Source: an uncultured Candidatus Saccharibacteria bacterium
GTDB lineage: Bacteria; Patescibacteriota; Minisyncoccia; Minisyncoccales; Staskawiczbacteraceae
Direction: 5' to 3'
DNA length: 40,708 nucleotides
Assembly (NCBI GenBank): GCA_964362315.1
Contig: CAYIDV010000001.1
Location: 9,263-49,970, forward strand
Below are positions 1-7,121 of the stretch, piece by piece (positions within the stretch are counted from its first letter, which is position 1; the number at the start of each line of letters is the position of its first letter). Both the position numbers and the translations under genes were made by a program. The notes beneath the pieces are model-generated. The model did not search any database, was not told the origin of the DNA, and worked only from the letters and a program-made list of their open reading frames with translations.

Positions 1-236
1 GACGTATCGGTGGACGTCGGGCGTCCACTTATTTTTCTGGAGACTAATCTTTTAAATCTATTTCTCTCTTCTCTTCTTCTTTGAATTGTAGTCGGCTTGG
101 AGCTATTAAATTCATATATAGAAAAGATACCACGATAATGATCGTTAATATCCTTAAATATTAAATTATCATCTATTGCTCTAATAATAGTGTGATAAAC
201 CTCATTATCAGCAAATGCTACTTTTCTATATGGCAT
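1..236 (-). CDS. Partial ORF running off the window start; N-terminal part of an IS200/RAYT-like (Y1 HUH) transposase-like protein
   Basis: Hand translation from the ATG at 236-234 gives MPYRKVAFADNEVYHTIIRAIDDNLIFKDINDHYRGIFSIYEFNSSKPTTIQRRREERNRFKRLVSRKISGRPTSTDT with no stop before position 1. That is why it is absent from the ORF track. The pattern YH-x3-R-x6-IF-x4-D-x2-R-x8-N resembles N-termini of REP-associated tyrosine transposases. The call rests on a short motif match only. Confidence 0.3.
   Translation of the reverse strand, partial: MPYRKVAFADNEVYHTIIRAIDDNLIFKDINDHYRGIFSIYEFNSSKPTTIQRRREERNRFKRLVSRKISGRPTSTDT
10..28. repeat. Hairpin palindrome GTGGACG-TCGGG-CGTCCAC followed by TTATTT
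   Basis: It has a perfect 7-bp GC-rich stem. The same stem and the same 3' flank recur at 247-271, but there the 5-nt loop is reverse-complemented. Confidence 0.85.
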
Positions 237-246
237 ATAAAGAAAG

Positions 247-265
247 TGGACGCCCGACGTCCACT
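247..265. repeat. Hairpin palindrome GTGGACG-CCCGA-CGTCCAC; probably also the ruvA terminator
   Basis: This is the second copy of the stem at 10-28. It abuts the ruvA stop codon (265-267). On the minus strand it is followed by TTTCTTT. Confidence 0.8.
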
Positions 266-828
266 TATTTACCTAGATTCTTTAATGCAATTTTTACTAT
301 TTCTTCTACGTTTTTAATATTTTGTGGTACGGCTTTTAATGCTTCTTTTGCTTGCTGTTTTGAAAAGCCCAATTGTACTAAGGCGTCTTCGGCTGGGTCA
401 GCAGCTGATTTTTTTTGCATAGACAGCAATTTTATCTTTCCCGTTAATTCCAAAATAATAGTGCTGGCTTTTTTGGCGCCAATACCCGGGATACCGGCAA
501 ATATCTTTGGGTCTTCTGCCAAAATCCTATCTTTTATTTTTTCCAGAGAACCAAGAGAAGAAATTTCCAAAGCCGCCTTGGGTCCTACGCCGCGAATGTC
601 ATTTAGCACTTCAAAAAATTCTAACTCTTCGTAAGTTAAAAATCCATAAAGGTCTGAGGCGTCTTCTTTTACATTATGAAAACAGAATAGTTTGATGTTG
701 TCTGTATTTTCTGGTAAATTTAAAAGGGTTTTGCGTGACAAAAAAACCTTATAGCCAATACCGCCTACTTCAAGGATAATGAATTTTTCCTTTTTTAGAA
801 TTACTTTTCCAAATAAGTATGATATCAT
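265..828 (-). CDS. ruvA: Holliday junction DNA helicase subunit RuvA
   Basis: The 187-aa product starts MISYLFGKV...LEVGGIGYKV. It has the helix-hairpin-helix motifs GVGPKAALEI and IPGIGAKKA and a C-terminal domain III. Confidence 0.9.
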   Translation of the reverse strand: MISYLFGKVILKKEKFIILEVGGIGYKVFLSRKTLLNLPENTDNIKLFCFHNVKEDASDLYGFLTYEELEFFEVLNDIRGVGPKAALEISSLGSLEKIKDRILAEDPKIFAGIPGIGAKKASTIILELTGKIKLLSMQKKSAADPAEDALVQLGFSKQQAKEALKAVPQNIKNVEEIVKIALKNLGK

Positions 829-873
829 ATGTTACAATTTAAAATTAAAGATTGCTTATATTAATTATACACT

Positions 874-2868
874 ATGAATTTTAAATTAGTATCAAAGTTC
901 AGACCCAGGGGGGACCAGCCAAAAGCTATAAAAAAGCTTTATGAAAATTTAAAAGGGGGTGTAAAGCATCAGGTGCTTTTGGGTGTTACGGGCTCGGGCA
1001 AAACCTTCGCCATGGCCAAAGTTATTGAAAGGCTCCAAAAGCCGGCTTTGGTTATTTCTCCCAATAAAACACTGGCCGCCCAGCTTTATCAGGAGTTTAA
1101 AGAATTTTTCCCTCACAACGGCGTCCATTATTTTGTTTCTTATTATGACTATTACCAACCCGAGGCCTATATCCCCCAAACTGATACTTACATAGAAAAA
1201 GATGCCAAAATAAACGAGGAAATTGACCGCTTAAGGCATGCGGCAACCCAAGATGTGTTGACGAGAAAAGACGTTATTGTGGTCGCTTCGGTATCTTGCA
1301 TTTACAACATCGGCTCACCTGCAAATTATCAGAAAGTTGCCATGGATATAAAAGCGGGCCATAAAATAAAGCAGCGAGATTTTATGTTGCATCTAATTAG
1401 CATGCAATATAAAAGAAATGATATTGAATTTAAGCCGGGCACTTTCCGTGTGCGAGGAGACATTATTGAAATATACTTGGTAACCGGAGAAAAGTTGTTA
1501 AGAGTAGAATTTTCTGGCGACAAAATAAATAAAATTTTTCTGTCACCGGCCGGCGTTAGTTCTAAATTCCTAATTCTAAATTCCAAATTCAAATTATTTC
1601 CTGCCACATTCTGGGTTGCCCCCCAAAACAACTTACCCATTGCCATTGAAAATATAAAATTGGAACTGCAGGAACGGTTAAAATTTTTTAAAAAACAAAA
1701 TAAATTAGTTGAATACCAACGGTTGGAACAAAAAACAAACTATGACTTGGAAATGATTCAAGAAACCGGTTTTTGCCACGGCATTGAAAATTATTCCAGA
1801 CAATTGGAATTTAGAAAACCCGGTTCACCTCCTTTTTCTTTGGTTGATTACTTTAAATACGCAACGAAAAATGATTTTTTAATTTTTATTGACGAGTCGC
1901 ATATTTCACTTCCCCAAATAAGAGCGATGTCCATTGGCGACAGAATGAGGAAAGAAACGTTGATTGATTTTGGATTTCGCCTGCCTTCGGCACTGGACAA
2001 CCGACCACTTACATTTAAAGAATTTCAAGAGAGGCAACCATCAACTGTCTATGTTTCCGCCACGCCGGCTGATTACGAAAAAGAAAAATCTGGCAAATAT
2101 ATTATAGAGCAATTAGTAAGGCCCACTGGACTGTTAGAACCTTCAATAGAAATTAAAAAAACTGAAAACCAAATAAAAAACCTAATAGAAGAAATTAAAA
2201 AAGAAATCTTAATTGGTCAGAGAACCCTGGTGGTAACCCTAACCAAAAGACTGGCTGAGGAAATTTCAGACTACTTGGTTGAAAGGGGAATAAAAACCCA
2301 ATACCTGCATTCGGAAGTAAAAACATTGGAAAGGCCGGAAATTTTAAAAAATTTAAGGGAGGGAAAATATGACGTCTTGGTGGGAATAAATCTTTTGAGA
2401 GAGGGGTTGGATTTGCCCGAAGTAGCTTTAATCGCCATTTTGGATGCTGATAAAGAAGGTTTTTTAAGAAACCAAACTACTTTAATACAAACAATGGGCC
2501 GTGCCGCCAGGCATCCTGACGGCCGTGTAATTTTATACGCTGACAAAGTTACCCAATCAATCAAATCTGCTGTAGATGAAGTTAACAGGCGAAGAAAAAT
2601 ACAAAAGGCCTATAACAAAAAACATCACATAAAGCCCCAAGCGATTATTAAAGACATCCGCGACTGGGGTTTTTCCAAGAAAGAAGATATTGCTGAGGAG
2701 TTTGAGACCGTTCACGACCGCAAGCTGTTGGAGAGAGAAATGAAGCAGGCAGCCAAAAACCTGGATTTTGAACGCGCCACCCAATTAAGAGATTTAATTG
2801 CTAAAACAGACAAACGGCCAAGGGAGCCAGAATCCGAACCAGAATCAAGTTTAGAAGCCCAAAAATGA
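874..2868 (+). CDS. uvrB: Excinuclease ABC subunit B
   Basis: The 664-aa product has the Walker A motif GVTGSGKT, YYDYYQPEAY, a DESH box (IDESH), helicase motifs, and a C-terminal UVR domain (LEREMKQAAKNLDFERATQLRD). Confidence 0.97.
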   Translation: MNFKLVSKFRPRGDQPKAIKKLYENLKGGVKHQVLLGVTGSGKTFAMAKVIERLQKPALVISPNKTLAAQLYQEFKEFFPHNGVHYFVSYYDYYQPEAYIPQTDTYIEKDAKINEEIDRLRHAATQDVLTRKDVIVVASVSCIYNIGSPANYQKVAMDIKAGHKIKQRDFMLHLISMQYKRNDIEFKPGTFRVRGDIIEIYLVTGEKLLRVEFSGDKINKIFLSPAGVSSKFLILNSKFKLFPATFWVAPQNNLPIAIENIKLELQERLKFFKKQNKLVEYQRLEQKTNYDLEMIQETGFCHGIENYSRQLEFRKPGSPPFSLVDYFKYATKNDFLIFIDESHISLPQIRAMSIGDRMRKETLIDFGFRLPSALDNRPLTFKEFQERQPSTVYVSATPADYEKEKSGKYIIEQLVRPTGLLEPSIEIKKTENQIKNLIEEIKKEILIGQRTLVVTLTKRLAEEISDYLVERGIKTQYLHSEVKTLERPEILKNLREGKYDVLVGINLLREGLDLPEVALIAILDADKEGFLRNQTTLIQTMGRAARHPDGRVILYADKVTQSIKSAVDEVNRRRKIQKAYNKKHHIKPQAIIKDIRDWGFSKKEDIAEEFETVHDRKLLEREMKQAAKNLDFERATQLRDLIAKTDKRPREPESEPESSLEAQK

Positions 2869-2925
2869 GATGATTTCAAGGATTTTGCGACGAAATAAAA
2901 GTGAGGTCTGACCTCACTAAAAATC

Positions 2926-3066
2926 TCTAAGAAGGGAGATATAGCTGAGGAATTTTATTTAATTGGAGACCGAAAACTATTAGAGAAGGAAATGCGTGAT
3001 ACCGCCAAAAATCTGGACTTTGAAAGAGCGGCTCAGCTCCGCGATTTAATAGCCAAGTTAAAGTAA
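2926..3066 (+). pseudogene. Relic second copy of the uvrB 3' end (UVR domain), in the same frame as uvrB
   Basis: It translates to SKKGDIAEEFYLIGDRKLLEKEMRDTAKNLDFERAAQLRDLIAKLK*. This parallels uvrB residues SKKEDIAEEFETVHDRKLLEREMKQAAKNLDFERATQLRDLIAK. 2926-874 is a multiple of 3, and in-frame stops lie between the two copies. Confidence 0.75.
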
Positions 3067-3095
3067 ACAGCTAATATGGTCCATATTAGCTGTTT
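3067..3095. terminator. Bidirectional hairpin terminator between the uvrB relic and the 3108-4541 gene
   Basis: AAACAGCTAATATGG-T-CCATATTAGCTGTTT is a near-perfect palindrome, followed by ACTTTTCT. Confidence 0.6.
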
Positions 3096-3107
3096 ACTTT
3101 TCTAATG

Positions 3108-4541
3108 CTACGAATGCCATAATTCCTTCCATGCTTCTTTCCAAAATTCTTTTGTGGTAAACATGCGCTTTATATCTCTGCCAATATCTTCAAAATCTCT
3201 GATAATATCTTTAACTCGATTACTATATTTTCTTTGCCCATTTTCTTTGAATCTTCTTGCTGCCTCAGATCTAGATAAACTGGCCCTTTTATAGGCAAAA
3301 TTTCCTTCTTTATCTTCATACCTACGCAAACCCTTGGCAATCAGTTTTATTTCTTCTTCTTTCTTTCCCTCTAATTTTAGTTTAAAAGGTTTACCGTCCT
3401 CCCTTATGTATACATTTCCATCTTTTGGTAGCTCTTCACTTTTTTCTATCTTTTCCCACTCTTGATACTTTGTTTTGCTGATATTATAGTTATTTTTTCT
3501 CTCTTTCTCGCTTCCATCTTCATTATAAACTACAAGAGTAGCTGTCCACATACCCTCTTTATCTTTACTAATGTTCTCAAGAGTTACATACTGTTTCTCG
3601 CGGACCCCACCTTCTTTGATAAAACGGTAAACTCTTTCGCCTGCCAGTTGTTTTTTTAAACGCTCAAATTCCGCTTTATCTGGTTTTTCAGAAAGCTCAT
3701 TTAAACTTTCTGAAAGGTTCCTTCTTTCGGGGATCTTTAATCTTTTTTCTTTTGCTTCCGGCAGAACCATGCCCTCCGCCAGAATCCTGTATTGTTCTGC
3801 TAATTTTTCTTGTTCATCCCCCTTAATTTCTTTCTCTTTAGAGGGCGGGACCATCCCTTCAGCTAAAATTCTGTACTGTTCCCCCATCTCTTTCTGTTTC
3901 TCCGTTTGTTCTGTTTCTTCTTTTACTTTTTCCTCTCGTTCTTTTACTCTTTCAGCTACTTCTTTATCAGATATCTTACCGCCAAGCTCCCTTATCAATT
4001 CTTTTCGCGCCTCTACCTCTTCATATCCGGTTGTTTTTCCTTTTTTACTTTTATTAATATCGGTGAACTTCTTTTGCAGTTCCTTATCATCCATATCAGC
4101 ACTATGGGTTAAAAATCTTAGTCTTTTCCATCGTTCACTCAATATATCCAAAACAGCGTCGTACTCCTTTTTAAGATCCTCCATGGCAATATCAAAACTT
4201 TGGTCCCTTGATATTTTACTGCCAGATTTTTTTGCCTTTTTATAATGAGATTCGGCAATTTGGGCTAATTTTTTCTGTAAAAATTCTTCATCTTCAACCT
4301 CATTTCCTCCTCTATTTATCTTCTCTAAGGAACCCTGGGCATTCTCAATGTCTTCCCTTAAAATATCGTGTGTTTCCTCTATTTCCTTTAGCCAAGAACT
4401 TTTCTCCTCTTTGCCATTTTGTTCTGCCGAAAGTTTATCAATTTCAGGGAAATCAAAATCAAACTTTTCTCTTTCCCCTGTCGGCTGGGTTTGTTTTTCA
4501 GCCGATTGTTTGTTTGAATCAGGTTGCCGTTCTTGTTTCAT
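3108..4541 (-). CDS. Hypothetical Lys/Glu-rich protein with an internal 28-aa repeat
   Basis: This is a 477-aa ORF with no long competing ORF of better quality. It carries the repeat EQYRILAEGMV(P/L)P. I recognise no family. Confidence 0.6.
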   Translation of the reverse strand: MKQERQPDSNKQSAEKQTQPTGEREKFDFDFPEIDKLSAEQNGKEEKSSWLKEIEETHDILREDIENAQGSLEKINRGGNEVEDEEFLQKKLAQIAESHYKKAKKSGSKISRDQSFDIAMEDLKKEYDAVLDILSERWKRLRFLTHSADMDDKELQKKFTDINKSKKGKTTGYEEVEARKELIRELGGKISDKEVAERVKEREEKVKEETEQTEKQKEMGEQYRILAEGMVPPSKEKEIKGDEQEKLAEQYRILAEGMVLPEAKEKRLKIPERRNLSESLNELSEKPDKAEFERLKKQLAGERVYRFIKEGGVREKQYVTLENISKDKEGMWTATLVVYNEDGSEKERKNNYNISKTKYQEWEKIEKSEELPKDGNVYIREDGKPFKLKLEGKKEEEIKLIAKGLRRYEDKEGNFAYKRASLSRSEAARRFKENGQRKYSNRVKDIIRDFEDIGRDIKRMFTTKEFWKEAWKELWHS

Positions 4542-4672
4542 AAAATTATAAATATTTATTGCTTAAAGTTATCACGCGGAACGCATAAAGTCAAAATTTT
4601 TTACGCTCTTGCAAAATATAATACTATTTGTTATATTATCCTATATCATAAATATACTAAATTTTATTTGAA

Positions 4673-4939
4673 GTGGCAATCACCAAATCGGCCAAAAAAG
4701 CCATAAGGCAAAATAAGAGGAGAAGGGTTTACAATCTCGTCTACCTAAATAAAATGAAAAGCTTACTGAAAGAAGCAAGAGCTCTTGTTTTGCAAAAGAA
4801 AATTCAGGAAGCTAAAGAACTGTTGCCAAAAGTTTATCAAATCTTGGATAAGGCAACCAAGGTTGGAGTTATAAAAAAGAATACGGCCTCTAGAAAAAAA
4901 TCTAGAATTGCCAACCTGATTGAAAAATCTTTAAAATAG
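4673..4939 (+). CDS. rpsT: 30S ribosomal protein S20
   Basis: It uses a GTG start. The 88-aa product begins AITKSAKKAIRQNKRRRVYN, the typical S20 N-terminus. Confidence 0.9.
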   Translation: MAITKSAKKAIRQNKRRRVYNLVYLNKMKSLLKEARALVLQKKIQEAKELLPKVYQILDKATKVGVIKKNTASRKKSRIANLIEKSLK

Positions 4940-4945
4940 AAATGT

Positions 4946-4972
4946 AAAAAGACCCTTTAAAGGGTCTTTTTT
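4946..4972. terminator. Bidirectional rho-independent terminator
   Basis: AAAAA-GACCCTTTAAAGGGTC-TTTTTT lies between convergent genes. Confidence 0.75.
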
Positions 4973-4974
4973 AT

Positions 4975-5388
4975 TTATTTAACAACTTCGTTTCTCAATA
5001 ATTCAACTATTTTGTTTTTTAATGCTTTGTTGAGTTTTTCGTTGTATAAGTTAACGCCAGAAAACAATTCTTCATAATTTCCTAAAAATTTTTCCGCTAT
5101 CCTACCTAAATTTTCAAAATCCTTTTTACTCTCAACAAACTGAACTAACTTATCTCTTATTTTGGTACTCTCAATGTTATCCTGTACACTCTTAAAAATA
5201 TCTTCATAGTCTTTTAAAGATTTTTTAAGATCCTCAAAGTTTTGGGCCTCATTTAACTTATCCTCAAACTCTTTAAGTTGTTTATCTATTTCTTCTTGGG
5301 GAATTTCAACTGTGTCATACACATCTTTTTCTTTTTCCTTTGAACCCAATACATCTTCACTATTATTTGATTCTTTTTCTGGACTCAT
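4975..5388 (-). CDS. Hypothetical acidic coiled-coil protein
   Basis: The 137-aa ORF is tightly packed upstream of holA on the same strand. I recognise no family. Confidence 0.5.
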   Translation of the reverse strand: MSPEKESNNSEDVLGSKEKEKDVYDTVEIPQEEIDKQLKEFEDKLNEAQNFEDLKKSLKDYEDIFKSVQDNIESTKIRDKLVQFVESKKDFENLGRIAEKFLGNYEELFSGVNLYNEKLNKALKNKIVELLRNEVVK

Positions 5389-5403
5389 ACTTTTAATATT
5401 ATA

Positions 5404-6339
5404 TTAAATACTGGAAACCAAAACGGCTAAGGCTGTTTCTGGTTCTATTTTACCTGTTTTAATATCTAAGTCAATCTGAAAAATAGCACTGTAGATTTTC
5501 TTTAATTCTTCAAAAGAAAACTGTTGGCAAACGAAGTAATTTTTTTTGACTACAAAGGGATGCAATCCGCTCTTTTTAACAATAGAGGCGTACATAAAAC
5601 CTTTCTCTGCCAATTCTTTTATTAAAAGTAAATTTCTGAACTGATATGTCAGCATGGAGAGCAAATACATAGAATTGTCGCCGTTATCCAAATGTTTTTG
5701 TAAAAATTCTATTGCCTGTTTTTTGTTTTTTGTCGCCAAAGCGTCAATAGTTTTAAAAATATCTGTTTCAATGTTTGGTTTCACTAACAGCTCAATGTCA
5801 TCTTTTTTAATAATTAGTCCCTGTTTAAAATTTGCCAATTTTTTAATTTCATTGGAAGCTCTCCACAAATCATTGCCAATATATGTCAAAAAAAGATTCA
5901 AAGCGTCTAAATTTAACTTTACTTTGTAATTTTCTGTTTCTTTTAAAGCCCACTGTTTTAAGCTTTTAAAATCTAATAAATTGAAATTTTGTGATTTGCA
6001 TTCTTTTATTAAGGTTTTAAATAATTTTAACCTTTGGTCAACTTCCTGGTTTTCATAAACAATGATAACGTCTTTTAAGGATTGTAGTTTTTCAATTTCT
6101 TCTGTAAAATTTTCTTGAAAACTTTTATTCAAAAAAAGGTTTTTTAATATTACCAGTTTCTTTTCAACAAACATTGGAGAAATTTTAAAATTATTGTAAA
6201 AGTCGGAGAAATCTGTAGTGTTGGCATCTATGTAAATTAAATTCAATCCACTTTTATTGGAATTTTTGTAATGGATTATAATCTCCTCTAATTTCTGCTT
6301 TGACCTGTACGAATCAGGCCCATATAAAAATATAATCAT
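5404..6339 (-). CDS. holA: DNA polymerase III subunit delta
   Basis: The 311-aa product has the N-terminus IIFLYGPDSYRSKQKLEEI and a C-terminal helical domain typical of HolA. This is a recognition-level call. Confidence 0.7.
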   Translation of the reverse strand: MIIFLYGPDSYRSKQKLEEIIIHYKNSNKSGLNLIYIDANTTDFSDFYNNFKISPMFVEKKLVILKNLFLNKSFQENFTEEIEKLQSLKDVIIVYENQEVDQRLKLFKTLIKECKSQNFNLLDFKSLKQWALKETENYKVKLNLDALNLFLTYIGNDLWRASNEIKKLANFKQGLIIKKDDIELLVKPNIETDIFKTIDALATKNKKQAIEFLQKHLDNGDNSMYLLSMLTYQFRNLLLIKELAEKGFMYASIVKKSGLHPFVVKKNYFVCQQFSFEELKKIYSAIFQIDLDIKTGKIEPETALAVLVSSI

Positions 6340-6356
6340 AAATTAACTTCTAACCA

Positions 6357-6390
6357 TCTTACAACTTTCACAGCTGTGAAAGTTGTAAGA
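6357..6390. repeat. Perfect 34-nt palindrome TCTTACAACTTTCACAG|CTGTGAAAGTTGTAAGA
   Basis: All 17 pairs were checked by hand. It lies 3 nt downstream of the stop of the 6393-6923 gene. The same sequence is embedded in the palindrome at 6961-7010. Confidence 0.95.
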
Positions 6391-6392
6391 CT

Positions 6393-6923
6393 TTAAATTT
6401 CTTCTATTAAAAGTATCTTTACGTAATTATCCAAACTGTATAATTGAAGTAATTTTTCTGTTTTTTCTGAAACATCATAGGGAGTTATCCAAACGCTTTG
6501 CTGAAACATTTTATAACCTAAATTTATTAGAATACTTCTCATTAAATCCCTCTTTTTCCTGTTTTTAGAGGGCATATCAAAAATCAACATTATCCACTTC
6601 TTATCTTTTCTTTTATTGTTTTTGTTTTCAATAAAACTTGCTTTTAATGCTTTAGATAAGCCGTATTTAGTAATAATAAAACCTTTTTTATTTTCTAAGT
6701 TCTTAGCTTTTATATAGTTCTTTCTCTTTAAATAGTAAATAAAATTATTAAACTCCCTCCTCCCCATTTCTCTTTGGTATTTTCCAATAATTGGGTCTAC
6801 ATCACCCATTAAAATGCTTTTTTGTTTGTATTTGTTGCTTAAAACAAAATCTATGACATTATCTGCCTTTTCTAAGAACTTATATAAATCCCATAAAAAT
6901 TGATCGGTAACTCTCAATTTCAT
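6393..6923 (-). CDS. wHTH + Cas2-like (PaaX-like) small DNA-binding protein, copy 1
   Basis: The product is 176 aa. The C-terminal half, WIMLIFDMPSKNRKKRDLMRSILINLGYKMFQQSVWITP, follows the Cas2/PaaX-middle-domain pattern (beta strand-FD-x-P ... R..L...L...G....Q.SVW). The N-terminal half (FIYYLKRKNYIKAK...ITKYGLSKA) looks like a winged helix. A paralog lies at 35701-36228. Confidence 0.6.
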   Translation of the reverse strand: MKLRVTDQFLWDLYKFLEKADNVIDFVLSNKYKQKSILMGDVDPIIGKYQREMGRREFNNFIYYLKRKNYIKAKNLENKKGFIITKYGLSKALKASFIENKNNKRKDKKWIMLIFDMPSKNRKKRDLMRSILINLGYKMFQQSVWITPYDVSEKTEKLLQLYSLDNYVKILLIEEI

Positions 6924-6960
6924 TATTATCTATTATACCAACAATGAGCGCTCTTATATA

Positions 6961-7010
6961 TCACACCATCTTACAACTTTCACAGCTGTGAAAGTTGTAA
7001 GATGGTGTGA
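6961..7010. repeat. Perfect 50-nt palindrome with core TCACAGCTGTGA
   Basis: TCACACCATCTTACAACTTTCACAG|CTGTGAAAGTTGTAAGATGGTGTGA lies 38 nt upstream of the start of 6393-6923. A TATAAT box sits between the palindrome and the gene on the minus strand. Confidence 0.95.
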
Positions 7011-7121
7011 GAACCTAGAGAATCATGAAGGCAGAATTATATTATAAATAGGTAACAATGAATACTAATTAATTACTAATGGTGGAGATAGTAAGTATTA
7101 CATCACACAATATACAGAGTA

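Noticed and set aside
215-634. 139-aa plus-strand ORF overlapping ruvA
   Set aside because: It is antisense to a confidently recognised ruvA. Its sequence is low-complexity and Phe/Ser-rich, typical of the reverse frame of an AT-rich gene. The same reasoning rejects the other antisense or overlapping ORFs in the track, for example 949-1179, 1329-1646, 3769-4245, 7187-7507, 11978-12280, 16155-16565, 21886-22233 and 27204-27698.
6357-7010. A CRISPR-Cas locus suggested by the Cas2-like domain
   Set aside because: There is no array of regularly spaced direct repeats anywhere in the window and no cas1 or effector gene. The palindromes are single, inverted, and flank the gene rather than forming a repeat-spacer array.
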